A program made the translations under genes and the position numbers. A stretch of 64,000 nucleotides of DNA. It comes from Spirochaetota bacterium (GTDB lineage Bacteria > Spirochaetota > UBA4802 > JAFGDQ01). The stretch is taken from the NCBI GenBank assembly GCA_043803405.1, contig JAZDKB010000009.1:218265-282264 (forward strand), written 5' to 3'. The number at the start of each line of letters is the position of its first letter. Position 1 is the first letter of the stretch. This document shows positions 39,432 to 51,138 of this stretch, piece by piece. The notes under the pieces were generated by a model, which was not told the DNA's origin, searched no databases, and saw only the letters and a list, made by a program, of their open reading frames with translations.

Positions 39432-39465
39432 AAAAAGCGCAATTTCTCTTTAAAAGAAATTGCGC
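39432..39465 (-). terminator. intrinsic terminator after the ferredoxin gene
   Basis: GCGCAATTTCT...AGAAATTGCGC stem with a U tract on the minus strand. Confidence 0.75.
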
Positions 39466-39511
39466 CTGTAACCTGTATTCATTTAATGCCAATAATTAAA
39501 TTAAAAATTCT

Positions 39512-39703
39512 TCATTCCTTCCAGTGAATACATTCAGCCGGACAATTATCAATTACTTCCTGAATTTTGTCTTCACTTGCTCCGTTTGGATTGCATACGT
39601 GGCTAACATCGTCATCAGTCATTTCAAAAACTTCCGGAAGCGTATCAACACATAGTTCACAACCAGTACATTCATTTTCATCAACGTAGACTTCTTTTGC
39701 CAT
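39512..39703 (-). CDS. single-cluster ferredoxin
   Basis: CTGCELC...CPAECI; AGGAGG RBS. Confidence 0.9.
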   Translation of the reverse strand: MAKEVYVDENECTGCELCVDTLPEVFEMTDDDVSHVCNPNGASEDKIQEVIDNCPAECIHWKE

Positions 39704-39754
39704 GTAGTTGTCCTCCTTAAATATTATTTAAAATAAACTGAATCCTCCCATTTA

Positions 39755-40132
39755 TTATTTTTTATCTTTTGCCGCTTCTGCAGGCACTGGTGCCGGTGCC
39801 TTATTATTGCCTGCATCACTCTTTTTTTCCGTCTCTTTCGTATCTGCAACCAGCTCGGTCTTGTCTTTATCTGAATTGAACTCTTTTTCTATTACTCCGG
39901 TTCTGTACGACTCAAGAACTGCCAGACCGAGAGAACCAAGCATAAAAACAGCAACCATGACCCCGGTTATCTTTGTTATAATATCCGCTGTTGAAGATCC
40001 GAAAGTTGACTGGCTCGATCCTCCGAGAATGCCCATGCCTGCGCTTTTATCGGACTGGAGTAATATTAATATTACCAGCAGAAAAGATAGAATTAAAAAC
40101 ACCACTGTGCCAACTGAAATTAACACTGTCAT
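39755..40132 (-). CDS. secG: preprotein translocase subunit SecG
   Basis: ILLQSDKSAGMG..GG, two TM segments, downstream of tpiA. Confidence 0.9.
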   Translation of the reverse strand: MTVLISVGTVVFLILSFLLVILILLQSDKSAGMGILGGSSQSTFGSSTADIITKITGVMVAVFMLGSLGLAVLESYRTGVIEKEFNSDKDKTELVADTKETEKKSDAGNNKAPAPVPAEAAKDKK

Positions 40133-40169
40133 TAAAGCAAACCTCCTAATAAATGGACGATGTCAAAAC

Positions 40170-40928
40170 TTACTTATTCACATTAATAATGTCAAGAAAA
40201 GATTTTATTTTAAGACTGGCGCCGCCCACAAGCACACCGTCAATATTTTTCATCGCATATAGTTCCGCAATATTTTCCGGTTTAACCGACCCGCCGTACA
40301 GCACAGGCACCTCATCCGCTATTTTTTCGTTATATAGCTTTTTCATCATATCTCTGATCGATTTATGCATACTGTCGGCAATTTCCGGTGTGGCTACTTT
40401 TCCGGTGCCGATTGCCCATACAGGTTCATACGCTATTATCGTTTTCTGTGCCAGTTTTGAATCGATGTTCTTGAATGCAAGTTCAACCTGTTTTTTTACA
40501 ACTTCCTCCGGCTTGCCTGCTTCCCGCTCTTCCAGTAATTCGCCTACGCAAACAACGGGCTCAAGGCCGTTCTCAAAAGCTGCTTTTATTTTTTTATTCA
40601 CATCATCATCTGTTTCATGAAAAACATGCCTTCTTTCCGAATGGCCGATAAGCGCATAGCGCACGCCGCAGTCCTTTGCCATAACCGGCGAAATCTCTCC
40701 TGTGAAAGCCCCCTCTTTTTCAAAATGTATGTTCTGTATTCCGACATCTACTTTCGAATTTTTGCATAATGTTACTATATCCCTTACATATACGGCTGGC
40801 GGGAACACGACTACTTCTTTATTCCCTATATTGGAAATATCTTTCATAATTCCTTTTACCAGATCAACGGCCTCGCTGTATGTTTTATACATTTTCCAGT
40901 TTCCTGCGAAAATCTTTCTTCTTGCCAT
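40170..40928 (-). CDS. tpiA: triosephosphate isomerase
   Basis: AGNWKM, GHSERR, AYEPVWAIGTG, YGGSV, LVGGASL. Confidence 0.98.
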   Translation of the reverse strand: MARRKIFAGNWKMYKTYSEAVDLVKGIMKDISNIGNKEVVVFPPAVYVRDIVTLCKNSKVDVGIQNIHFEKEGAFTGEISPVMAKDCGVRYALIGHSERRHVFHETDDDVNKKIKAAFENGLEPVVCVGELLEEREAGKPEEVVKKQVELAFKNIDSKLAQKTIIAYEPVWAIGTGKVATPEIADSMHKSIRDMMKKLYNEKIADEVPVLYGGSVKPENIAELYAMKNIDGVLVGGASLKIKSFLDIINVNK

Positions 40929-41084
40929 ATTCGTCCTCCTTTTGCTGCAAAATAGTTTTATAAAAAACTATATTTTATATATACATCATAAAGAAATCAA
41001 GGCACAAAGAATAATTAAAAATAACTTTGTGCCTTAATATTAAATACTGCTTATCGGGTTAAAAATGCTTAATTTAAACAGGAT

Positions 41085-42155
<1,071 letters not shown>

Positions 42156-42356
42156 TTATTTAATAATTTTTTTCACAATTAAACAACATATTTAAACAAT
42201 TTATACAACAAATCGTAATACTATTTGTTATATTAAAAAACGAATTTTTACAAGCATTATTTAAAATAGCAATTCTGAATCCATTTCAGTTATTCAATCG
42301 AATTATTTCAAGTAATTAATATTATAAGGAGGATACTCAGGTAACAGCACATATTT

Positions 42357-42848
42357 TTAATTTTTTTTAAACTGGTTTTCCCAGAAAAGAATTTCTTCCT
42401 CGTCTAAAACCGGGTTTTCGTTTTTTTCCGGTTCAGGAGAGTCACAATAAGCGGCTATTGTCGCATTAATATGCTTAAAAAAATCATCACTTGTTTTAAC
42501 CTTTGCTTTAAATCGTATAACATAATCTATTATATCTTTATCCGATGTTACAACTGTTATCATTCTTGGATTCAAATCTTTTTTTACAAATTGCTTTATA
42601 AGGAAATCGGCGGAATAATCAAGGGAATAATATACGTCAATGCTCTTAATGCACTCTTTTTTTATTTCAAGAGACTGGTCTTTTTTCCCGTCAAAGATAA
42701 CCGTAATGTTTAATTTTGTTATATTCCGGTATTCTTTCAGTTTGTTTAAAAGACCGATCCTGGCGCCGGACAAATTGCCTGCATACATCAGTCTTTCCAG
42801 TTCGGGGAATTTATATATAAGATTAAAACCATCGATTAATATAGCCAT
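42357..42848 (-). CDS. NYN-domain (YacP-like) RNase
   Basis: LIDGFNL, VIFDG, SAD..I, VVTSD. Confidence 0.85.
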   Translation of the reverse strand: MAILIDGFNLIYKFPELERLMYAGNLSGARIGLLNKLKEYRNITKLNITVIFDGKKDQSLEIKKECIKSIDVYYSLDYSADFLIKQFVKKDLNPRMITVVTSDKDIIDYVIRFKAKVKTSDDFFKHINATIAAYCDSPEPEKNENPVLDEEEILFWENQFKKN

Positions 42849-42940
42849 TTTACATATCAGGACATTTTTACTTTTCCTGTATCAGTCTTTTAAAATCTTA
42901 TCTCTCTTTCTTCTATTCCGGTTTCACCGGTTTGTATAAA

Positions 42941-44140
42941 CTAACCTTTCAGGCTTTTCGCGTATCTTCTAATCCTGATCATAGCTTCTTTAAGATCTTC
43001 CATTGAAGTGGCATAAGAACATCTTAGATGGCCAGCGCCGGATTTTCCGAATACATCGCCCGGAACGACAGCTACCTTCTCTGTTTTTAACAGTCCGAGC
43101 GCAAACTCGCGCGCAGACATCCCTGTTGATGTGATATCCGGGAAAACGTAGAAAGCACCCTTTGGCATTATACAATAGAGTCCCATATCATTCAATTCAT
43201 TAACAATAAAGTTCCTTCTTTTCAGATATTCACGCCGCATGTGTTCAACATCCTTATCCGCCTTTTCAACTGCTTCAATTGCCGCATACTGGGAAATGGA
43301 AGGTGCGCATAATGCCGTATACTGATGAATTTTATACATAATATCCAGCAGAACGCGCGGCCCTGCGATGTAGCCCAGCCTCCAGCCTGTCATTGCATGG
43401 GATTTGGAAAATCCGTTAAGGTAAATTGTCCTTTCCTTCATGCCCGGAACAGATGTGATTGAAAAATGAGCGCCGTCGAATATTATTGAAGAATATATCT
43501 CGTCGGATATAACAATAAAGTTATGTTCGATTGCCATCTTTGCAATAATCTCAAGGGTCTCCCTGTCAATAGTTAAACCTGTCGGGTTAGAAGGATAATT
43601 CAGCAATATCGCCTTGGTGCGGGATGTAATGGCTTCTTTAATTTTTGAGACATCGATTTTAAAATCATCTTCCGGCGTCGTGGCAATTACGACAGGTTTG
43701 CCCAGCAAAAGAGTGATATTTGCCGTATACGAAACATAACACGGCTCAATAATTATTATTTCATCACCGGGATTAATAATGCTCCTGAGAGCCAGATCAA
43801 GGCCCTGGCTAACTCCGAGAGTGATAAGCAATTCTTCGTCGGGATTATATTCAACTCCGTTAACTCTATATAAATAAGATGATACAAGCTGCAAAAGTTC
43901 CGGCAGCCCCCTGTTGGGTGTATAATGCGTATGTCCTTCTTTGATCGCGTAACTCCCGGTATCGGAAATTCTCCATGGAGTGATAAAATCCGGCTCGCCC
44001 ACTCCGAGGGAAATGCAGTCCGGGGTTGAATATACAATGTTAAAAAACTCCCTTATGCCGGACGGGGGTATCGCTTTGCCTACAGATGAAACAAGGGAAT
44101 CGATACTGTTATTCTTTTCAACCAGCCTTAATTTTGTCAC
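42941..44140 (-). CDS. PLP-dependent aminotransferase class I/II
   Basis: SLGVGEPDF, PSNPTG, SDEIY, GFSKSHAMTGWRLG. Confidence 0.93.
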   Translation of the reverse strand: MTKLRLVEKNNSIDSLVSSVGKAIPPSGIREFFNIVYSTPDCISLGVGEPDFITPWRISDTGSYAIKEGHTHYTPNRGLPELLQLVSSYLYRVNGVEYNPDEELLITLGVSQGLDLALRSIINPGDEIIIIEPCYVSYTANITLLLGKPVVIATTPEDDFKIDVSKIKEAITSRTKAILLNYPSNPTGLTIDRETLEIIAKMAIEHNFIVISDEIYSSIIFDGAHFSITSVPGMKERTIYLNGFSKSHAMTGWRLGYIAGPRVLLDIMYKIHQYTALCAPSISQYAAIEAVEKADKDVEHMRREYLKRRNFIVNELNDMGLYCIMPKGAFYVFPDITSTGMSAREFALGLLKTEKVAVVPGDVFGKSGAGHLRCSYATSMEDLKEAMIRIRRYAKSLKG

Positions 44141-44150
44141 AGTATTCTCC

Positions 44151-44387
44151 TTACTTTATCTTTTCCATAACCTTGGATTTCACGTCGCTTTTGATCTCGT
44201 CAATTTTCATTTTACCTGCCCTGTCGCTTTTCAAAATAACGTAAAAGGCAATACCTGCTATAATTATTAATATGACAGCGACAATTTTAAGCTTCCGGAC
44301 AATTAAACCGGCAATGAATAACAACAGGCCTGCTATTAAAACAGTTATAACAGGATTATGTTCAATATTTTTAAGTACGCTGTCCAT
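44151..44387 (-). CDS. small membrane protein
   Basis: Two TM segments; GAGG RBS; lies within the operon. Confidence 0.65.
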   Translation of the reverse strand: MDSVLKNIEHNPVITVLIAGLLLFIAGLIVRKLKIVAVILIIIAGIAFYVILKSDRAGKMKIDEIKSDVKSKVMEKIK

Positions 44388-44412
44388 AATATATACCTCT
44401 TTGATTTATTAT

Positions 44413-45366
44413 TTAATACATCGGCTTATAGTCAAACTGATGATTAGCAGTAATGAATCTTATCGTATGTGTTTTCGAACGCATTACGATCGAATCCGTA
44501 ACTGCGCCGCCGGATACAAACCGGACTCCTTTAAGGAACTCCCCGTCCGTTATCCCGGTCGCTGAAAACATTAAATCCTTCCCTGGTATCAGGTCACTTA
44601 ACATCAGTACTTTATTCAAATCGTTAAAGCCGCTTTTATGCGCAAACTCTCTTTCCTCATCGTTCTTAAATATCAGCTTTGCCTGTATGTCGCCGCCAAG
44701 GCATTTTATCGCTGCGGCAGCCAGGACTCCTTCCATTGAACGGCCTGTTCCCATAAGGATGTCTATCGGCCTGTCTTCCATTGCAGCAGCAACAGCGCCC
44801 GAAATATCGCCGTCGGTAATAAGAATGATCCTCGCACCCACAGTGCGTATTCTTTCAATGAGTTCGGTGTGCCTGGGCCTGTCGAGCACGCATACGGTAA
44901 CATCTTCAATATATTTTTTCTTCGCCCTTGCCACTCTCTTTATATTTATTTCCGGACTCTCAGTTATATCGACAATTCCTTTGACATCGCCGCCAACCGC
45001 GATCTTCTCCATATACAAAGTCGGAGGAATAAAAAAAGCGCCCTTCTCTCCCATTGCCACTGCGGAAATGGAATTCTGCCCCCCGCGGGCGCATGTCGTT
45101 TTCCCATCCAGAGGATCGACTACAATGTCTACCTCGGGGCCGTTTTTGTTCCCCAATTCGGAATTGGCAGTCAGTCTCATATTGACCGCATCCGATTTGC
45201 CGATTACCACCTTTCCGTCAACCGAAACGGAAGAAAATACCTTTACCATTGCTTCTATAGCGGAACCAAACGCCTTATCGGCATCTCCCCTTCCAACATA
45301 TCTGCTTGCAAACAGGGCAGATGCTTCGGTTATCCTGACACCTTCCAAAGCCAGATTTCTTTCCAT
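44413..45366 (-). CDS. glpX: class II fructose-1,6-bisphosphatase
   Basis: VDPLDG, YMEKIAVG, LDRPRH, DGDI, EGVLAAAA, ATGITDG. Confidence 0.92.
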   Translation of the reverse strand: MERNLALEGVRITEASALFASRYVGRGDADKAFGSAIEAMVKVFSSVSVDGKVVIGKSDAVNMRLTANSELGNKNGPEVDIVVDPLDGKTTCARGGQNSISAVAMGEKGAFFIPPTLYMEKIAVGGDVKGIVDITESPEINIKRVARAKKKYIEDVTVCVLDRPRHTELIERIRTVGARIILITDGDISGAVAAAMEDRPIDILMGTGRSMEGVLAAAAIKCLGGDIQAKLIFKNDEEREFAHKSGFNDLNKVLMLSDLIPGKDLMFSATGITDGEFLKGVRFVSGGAVTDSIVMRSKTHTIRFITANHQFDYKPMY

Positions 45367-45437
45367 AAAAATTCTCCAAAAAATTATCCGAATAAAAATT
45401 ATTACCAGTTAATATCCGTAAATCCAGCTTGTCAAAT

Positions 45438-46652
45438 TTAAAAATTATAGTCAATTAATTCTTTATAGACCCGAATTTTCCTTTCTATATAATTACGCGA
45501 ATACTCATTTTCCAGTTCATCTTTTTTCTCAAGCAAATCAATATACATCTGATGAATCAATCCCCATGATCTTTTAAGTTCAATATGCTTTTTTTCCAGC
45601 GAATTTGAGCTTACAATAAATAATTTCTTCAAAAAAAGCGAAACGAACCTGTCATTGGGAGCAAAGGATATATCCTCCCCCTCCAGCCCGGTATTGACCA
45701 CCTTATTCCCCGGCATATTATAAAAGCAAATAAGCTGCTCCTTTAAAAATGCAACTTTACCGGAATGAACGGAATAATTAATATTTGTATTCAACGACTG
45801 CTTCAACAGTATTGTTTTTTTATTTTCTTTAATATTGTAAATGTTAACCGAATAATTCCCTGCATAGCCGGACCTGTATACAAACGAAATATTATTCAGC
45901 CAGAACAGTTCCGAAGCCGAACTTATTGTTTTAAAAAGAGAAGATTCGTTTTTATTGAAATAAATTAATTTAGCCTTATAACTGCCGCCGCTGCCGTTCA
46001 GCACAAGTATTTTCTGCCTGTCCGGGGAAAGATAAGCTATGGACGGATTATTATTGCCGGATATTTCATTATATTTTTTTTTCAGGAGCAATTCGCTTTG
46101 AATTTCAGTATCGAAAAAATATTCTATTATTCCTCCGTATTTTTCAAATATTATAGAGTTGCCTTCATCCGTAATATTAAAATCAAGAAAAGCGTAAGCG
46201 GATGACTGTATTTTTACTTCTGCGCTGCTGATATTAATAATGATGAGTTCGCCTTTAGGTATAATGCCTGCATTCCGGATAAGCCGTTTAAGGACTAAAA
46301 ATCTTCCGTTGGGGCTTACTCTTGCGATTGTAATGAGGCCGTGCAGCCTGCATATCTCAACGGCTTTTCTGTCTCTCGGCTTATATTTATAAACGTAATT
46401 GGTATTTCCGGAACCGGCTTCTTTTATATATATTATTTCATCGCCGGATATCCATCCTGAAAAGACAACGTTTCTGTCTACAAAAACCGCACCTGCCTTG
46501 TTGTAAACCTCCAGCTTTTCCGCAGCCAGTTTTTTAGCTAATGAAGAATTTTTTTTTATATATATTTCGTCAAGGTTGATATCCCTTGCGGAAATACCGG
46601 CAGGAAAATAAAAGAATGCAACCAGCAGTATAAGCTTAAAGTATTTGATCAA
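45438..46652 (-). CDS. exported beta-propeller-like hypothetical protein
   Basis: Signal peptide; repeated SPNG/SPDR/APND turns. Confidence 0.55.
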   Translation of the reverse strand: MIKYFKLILLVAFFYFPAGISARDINLDEIYIKKNSSLAKKLAAEKLEVYNKAGAVFVDRNVVFSGWISGDEIIYIKEAGSGNTNYVYKYKPRDRKAVEICRLHGLITIARVSPNGRFLVLKRLIRNAGIIPKGELIIINISSAEVKIQSSAYAFLDFNITDEGNSIIFEKYGGIIEYFFDTEIQSELLLKKKYNEISGNNNPSIAYLSPDRQKILVLNGSGGSYKAKLIYFNKNESSLFKTISSASELFWLNNISFVYRSGYAGNYSVNIYNIKENKKTILLKQSLNTNINYSVHSGKVAFLKEQLICFYNMPGNKVVNTGLEGEDISFAPNDRFVSLFLKKLFIVSSNSLEKKHIELKRSWGLIHQMYIDLLEKKDELENEYSRNYIERKIRVYKELIDYNF

Positions 46653-46735
46653 TGTCTTGTCATTAAAAAATCATTTTTTTATTATTCAACTGCAAATGTA
46701 CTACAAGTAATATCAAAATTAAGTGTTATATTCGA

Positions 46736-46862
46736 TAAATTGAAATACATTACAAAATTTTTGAGGACGCTTTGCGCACCCTGAAGCAAAAGCCTTAAAA
46801 TATGATAAAGCTATTAAGAAGGGTGCGATTCCGCAGAAAATTTTGTAATGTATTTCAATTTA
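46736..46862. repeat. long-stem hairpin element sharing a GAGGAC...TTCCGCAG core with 14323-14412
   Basis: TAAATTGAAATACATTACAAAATTTT / AAAATTTTGTAATGTATTTCAATTTA arms; inner CGCACCCT/AGGGTGCG stem. Confidence 0.75.
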
Positions 46863-46912
46863 AAGCCGGCTATTTATATAAAATCATATTTTAAAGATGA
46901 GTTCTAATACCT

Positions 46913-46947
46913 AATAAAAAAGCCGCATTAAACGCGGCTTTTTTATT
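46913..46947. terminator. intrinsic terminator
   Basis: AATAAAAAAGCCGC...GCGGCTTTTTTATT. Confidence 0.8.
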
Positions 46948-46955
46948 TAATCTCT

Positions 46956-48434
46956 TTATTTTACTTTATCTTTACTATCCCCGGATTCCGTACCCGTATT
47001 CCCGGAAGTACCTTCCGCCGGTTTATCCGATCCATTTTTCTTCGCATCACCTGCGGGAACCTTTTCTTCCGGTTTCGCACCAGGCTTTTCTTTGCTCTCT
47101 TTCACTTCCGACTTTGAAGGTATAGCGGGTACAACCAGTTTTTGACCGGGAAAAATCAGATCCGGATCTTTTATATGGTCTTTATTGGCCATATATATAA
47201 GCGGCCACAGCCTTGCATCCTTATATACATTCATTGCTATGCGCCACAGGCAGTCCCTGCTTTTCGGATTATATTTTACGATATATTCCGTGACCGTTCC
47301 TGTAATCCCATCCTTGTCGCCTTCGTCCGGTTCGGGCTGGCCCGTTTCATCCGCTGCGGCGGTTCCGGCAGCAACCGATTTTTTTTCGATCTTTATGGAA
47401 ACAGCATTCAAAAGTCCCAGGGCTTCCTCGGACTTCATGGCGGATTCGGTATAATTTTCCTTTTCGTAAAAACTTTTACTTTCTGCAATAAGCGCGCCTG
47501 CTTTTGTTAGGTCAGCCGAATAAGCGTCTTTGGAAGGAGATGCATCAAGCCTTGCTTTTTCGCTTTCAGCAGCTTTTATTTTGGCAGCCGCGTAACCTCT
47601 CCAAGTCTTAATGGTTGCAGCTATGAGCGCGGAATCGGCTTCAGCTATTTTAACCGAGGCTTCCTTTACGTTTTTATTTTCCAGAAGTTTTCCGGCTTCA
47701 TCAAGATTCGCATCGATCGATTTCATTTCGTCAGGAGCATACTCCCTGCCCCCTATCGCATCCAGCTTTGCGGATTCTTCTTTGATCTTCCTGGACATTT
47801 CCTGCAATGCAGCAATGTTTGCCAGCGCTTTATCTCTTGCAGCGGCAGCGGATGCAATAGCTTCGTTCGATTTCAGATACGACTCCCAGTACTCCTTTCC
47901 GGTAAACAGAGACTCGGCTTCCCCGATCTTCCCGCCTGCCAGGGCGTATTCTTCCGGAGCGTATTTCTCTGCAAAGGCAACTGTTGCTTCTTCGTAAACT
48001 CCGCGCGCCTCTTTTAAAGTGTCATCAGCTAAAAGCGGCAGCGATTTCGTTATAGCTTCGTTTGAATACTTTATAGACTGTTCAACCGCCTTCTTTAAGC
48101 CGTCTTTATCCTCTGTTTTTATATAATCATGACTTTTAAAAAGCTCATCCTTTGCTTTTTTCAGCTCACCGGGCGCGTATTTATCCGCTTTTACTTCCAC
48201 TGCCCTTGTAATATTCGATTTAGCAATGGTCATTTCCTTAACAGGCACTTCAAATCTGCATGAAACAAATGAAATAAATAGTATGATAGTTAATAAAAAT
48301 ATTTTCTTATTATTAAATATTCGTTTATTCATTTTTTTCATCCTGTGATTATAGTTTTTTTTAACGAACATAAACCGGATCACTATTTTTTTAGTTTCTA
48401 TTTTAATAATCATTATATTTAAATATTTCAACAA
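46956..48434 (-). CDS. LysM-domain lipoprotein resembling leptospiral LipL71/LruA (true start probably near 48333)
   Basis: Lipobox FVSC, helical repeats (A..YAP.E), LysM-like RDCLWRIA..VY....LWPLIY.AN...IKDPDLIFPGQ. Confidence 0.8.
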   Translation of the reverse strand: MLKYLNIMIIKIETKKIVIRFMFVKKNYNHRMKKMNKRIFNNKKIFLLTIILFISFVSCRFEVPVKEMTIAKSNITRAVEVKADKYAPGELKKAKDELFKSHDYIKTEDKDGLKKAVEQSIKYSNEAITKSLPLLADDTLKEARGVYEEATVAFAEKYAPEEYALAGGKIGEAESLFTGKEYWESYLKSNEAIASAAAARDKALANIAALQEMSRKIKEESAKLDAIGGREYAPDEMKSIDANLDEAGKLLENKNVKEASVKIAEADSALIAATIKTWRGYAAAKIKAAESEKARLDASPSKDAYSADLTKAGALIAESKSFYEKENYTESAMKSEEALGLLNAVSIKIEKKSVAAGTAAADETGQPEPDEGDKDGITGTVTEYIVKYNPKSRDCLWRIAMNVYKDARLWPLIYMANKDHIKDPDLIFPGQKLVVPAIPSKSEVKESKEKPGAKPEEKVPAGDAKKNGSDKPAEGTSGNTGTESGDSKDKVK

Positions 48435-48610
48435 AAAAATATTATATTTTAACGCTTTTATTAAAAAGCCATTGTACCATTATTTTCCCAGGCTGATTGT
48501 TTATGCTGTTCCGTTTACCTGCTTTTTAATAAAATAATGATTGCTACTATTACAAACTGAAATAAAAAGTAAAAAAAATCATAAAAGTTAACAATAGAAA
48601 AGAAAAAAAT

Positions 48611-50203
48611 ATGAAATACATAATAACATGTTTAATTATTTTTCTTTCGGCGTTTATTATCAGTAATGCTCACACTTATGATGAACGTGTTAGAATCTTC
48701 AGCAAACCGGATTACTTTTACAAGGCAAACGAAAAATACGGTTATGTAGATTACAGTATCCACTACGGACTAATACTTGTTAAAGAACAAACTAAATATG
48801 GTTTTATTAATAATAAAGGGAAAGAAATTGTTCCGCCAAGATACGATCAATTGGATTCAATGATAGAAGGCATTGCAAGAGTAGCAATTGATGGAAAATG
48901 GGGATTACTCAATACATCCGGTCAGGAAATTATTCCATTAAAATACGATTATATTTATAAATTCGCTGATAGTTTTGCTAAAATCGAATTAAATAAAAAA
49001 TATGGTTATATCGATAGAACAGGGAAAGAAATTATCCCGCCTAAATATGATGAAATATATTTGCCCCTTAATGTATTTCCAGTAAAAGTTAAGTTGAACT
49101 GGAAATGCGGCCTTGTTGATAAAACAGGAAAAGAAATAGTTTCTCCAAAATATGATGATATTCGCACCTTTCGTGACGGCCTGGCAATTGTTGAAATTAA
49201 AGGTGGAAGCAAGTATCACAGTGACCCTAAAGATAAAGAAGGGCTGATAAATATTGCAGGCGAAGAGATTGTTCCGCCTGAACAGCATACCATCAGATTC
49301 TCCGAGGGACTGGCAGCTGTAAGGTTAAAGGGCAAATGGGGGTTTTTCAAGTGGGGATTTATTGACAGAACAGGTAAAATGATTATTCCGCCCGAATATG
49401 ATGAGGTTAAAGACTTTGAAAAAGGTATGGCAGATGTTAAAAAGAACGGCAAATGGGGACGCATTGGTTTAACAGGCAAAGTGATTATTCCTCCAAAATA
49501 TGATGATATTGGCGATTTTAACGAAGACATAGCCAGTGTCGGTATAGATAAATATTTCGGTATTCAGCATAAATGCGGTTTTGTCGACAGAACAGGAAAA
49601 GAGATTATACCGCTAAAATATGATGATGTTGAATCTTTTAAAAACGGTATGGCGCGAATAGAACTAAACGGGCAATGGGGCTATGTGGATAAAACAGGGA
49701 AAGAAATATTTTCCGGAAAAATTGAAAAAGACATATCTGAAACGCCTAAGAAGACACTTGGAATTTCATTCGGTCCCACGTTTTTATTCCATCCGCACAA
49801 AGCCTATGGCGGAGAGTTCAGCTTTATTTTTCGTCCTTGCTTTCAGAAGGGCTTTCTGGGAATCTACTCGGATTATATTCATGATACTGAAACGAACAGA
49901 AACAGAATAACAGTAGGCCCCGAAATAGGCAGTCTGGACCTTTTTACCAGAGGTATAGATGGAGGATTGGTGTTTAGCCCGGAAAAGGGGCTTGCGGGAT
50001 TTGCGATAAGACCTTTTATTTTTGCCGGGCCGCTTATGTTTTTCTACAGGTTCATGTCAATAAATGAAACAGGTGACAGAGAACACATTCATCAATTCGG
50101 TATTACAATAAAAATTCCTATTAAAATAGCAGGCGATAAGTGCGACGAAATACTTGATGGCTACTGGAGGGGGTTATCCCAGGTAATTTTACAGGAAAGG
50201 TAA
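48611..50203 (+). CDS. WG-repeat (KWG-type) exported protein with a distinct C-terminal domain
   Basis: Repeated K(W/Y)G(F/Y)ID.TGKEIIP.KYD...F.EG.A.V units. Confidence 0.9.
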   Translation: MKYIITCLIIFLSAFIISNAHTYDERVRIFSKPDYFYKANEKYGYVDYSIHYGLILVKEQTKYGFINNKGKEIVPPRYDQLDSMIEGIARVAIDGKWGLLNTSGQEIIPLKYDYIYKFADSFAKIELNKKYGYIDRTGKEIIPPKYDEIYLPLNVFPVKVKLNWKCGLVDKTGKEIVSPKYDDIRTFRDGLAIVEIKGGSKYHSDPKDKEGLINIAGEEIVPPEQHTIRFSEGLAAVRLKGKWGFFKWGFIDRTGKMIIPPEYDEVKDFEKGMADVKKNGKWGRIGLTGKVIIPPKYDDIGDFNEDIASVGIDKYFGIQHKCGFVDRTGKEIIPLKYDDVESFKNGMARIELNGQWGYVDKTGKEIFSGKIEKDISETPKKTLGISFGPTFLFHPHKAYGGEFSFIFRPCFQKGFLGIYSDYIHDTETNRNRITVGPEIGSLDLFTRGIDGGLVFSPEKGLAGFAIRPFIFAGPLMFFYRFMSINETGDREHIHQFGITIKIPIKIAGDKCDEILDGYWRGLSQVILQER

Positions 50204-50357
50204 ATTATTAAAATAATATATAAATAATTGTACCCCCTCGTCTATCTGCAATTTATATAATTGTACAACATATTTCGAATAAAATTCTTGACGCAAATAT
50301 CCGACATAATTAACATTGGCAACAGGCTGCATTGCGGCCTGTTTGAAGAGAAAAACA

Positions 50358-50933
50358 ATGCTAAACACTCTACACACTGATGTATTAGTATTAAATTCAG
50401 GCTTCATCCCTATCCGGATTACCACTGCAAGGGACGCTGTATGTCTGCTGACGGCAGATAAAGCCGTTTCCGTTCTTGAAAGCGACAGCTATGTACGCTC
50501 ACCATCAATAACCATCAGAATACCTTCTGTCATATCAATTCTCGGATACAATGATCTGCCGAAAAAGAAAGTCGTTTTTTCCAAGCTGAATATAATATAC
50601 AGGGACGATATGACATGCCAGTTCTGCAATAAAAGATTTTCGGTTAGAGACCTGACTATTGATCATGTGATACCAGGCAGCAGGTGGCAGGAAATTACAG
50701 GTAAAAGTTTAATCCATGGGTATTCCACATGGGAAAATATGGTATGCGCGTGCAGGTGGTGCAATAACAGGAAAGGAAATAAACTGCTTAAAGAACTAGG
50801 TTGGTCGCTAAAGACGATCCCTGTTGAACCGAAATATATGCCTCATATTATCCTGTCTTTTGAGAAAGCCAAAAGCAAAGGCTGGCTTCCGTTCTGCGGA
50901 TTTAACGTAAAACTTATAAAGCTTATCGCGTAA
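50358..50933 (+). CDS. HNH endonuclease (McrA-like)
   Basis: VLVLN, PSVI, RD..TCQFC, LTIDHVIP, WENMVCAC..CNNRKG. Confidence 0.9.
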   Translation: MLNTLHTDVLVLNSGFIPIRITTARDAVCLLTADKAVSVLESDSYVRSPSITIRIPSVISILGYNDLPKKKVVFSKLNIIYRDDMTCQFCNKRFSVRDLTIDHVIPGSRWQEITGKSLIHGYSTWENMVCACRWCNNRKGNKLLKELGWSLKTIPVEPKYMPHIILSFEKAKSKGWLPFCGFNVKLIKLIA

Positions 50934-51138
50934 TCGTTCTTTGTACGCTAAATCGCTGATTTAGCGCCTTTCTCAGTAAATCAAAAACAATACTTATTAT
51001 TCTTTGTGCATACATGTCCGGATTGCGCGGCTGAACGTAAGCGCGCAGACATTGCTTATCCAGCCTGCGATAAAACACAACACTGCCGATGCGCCCGCTT
51101 ATTTCGCTGAATACCGGGTTTAGATCTGCTATTGCCAT
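50923..51138 (-). CDS. short hypothetical ORF, possibly a truncated remnant
   Basis: ISGRIGSVVFYRR...LRAYVQPRNP resembles the N-terminus of longer uncharacterised proteins; the tail overlaps the HNH gene. Confidence 0.4.
   Translation of the reverse strand: MAIADLNPVFSEISGRIGSVVFYRRLDKQCLRAYVQPRNPDMYAQRIISIVFDLLRKALNQRFSVQRTITR

Noticed and set aside
44453..45412. 319-aa plus-strand ORF
   Set aside because: Antisense shadow of glpX with no recognisable motifs
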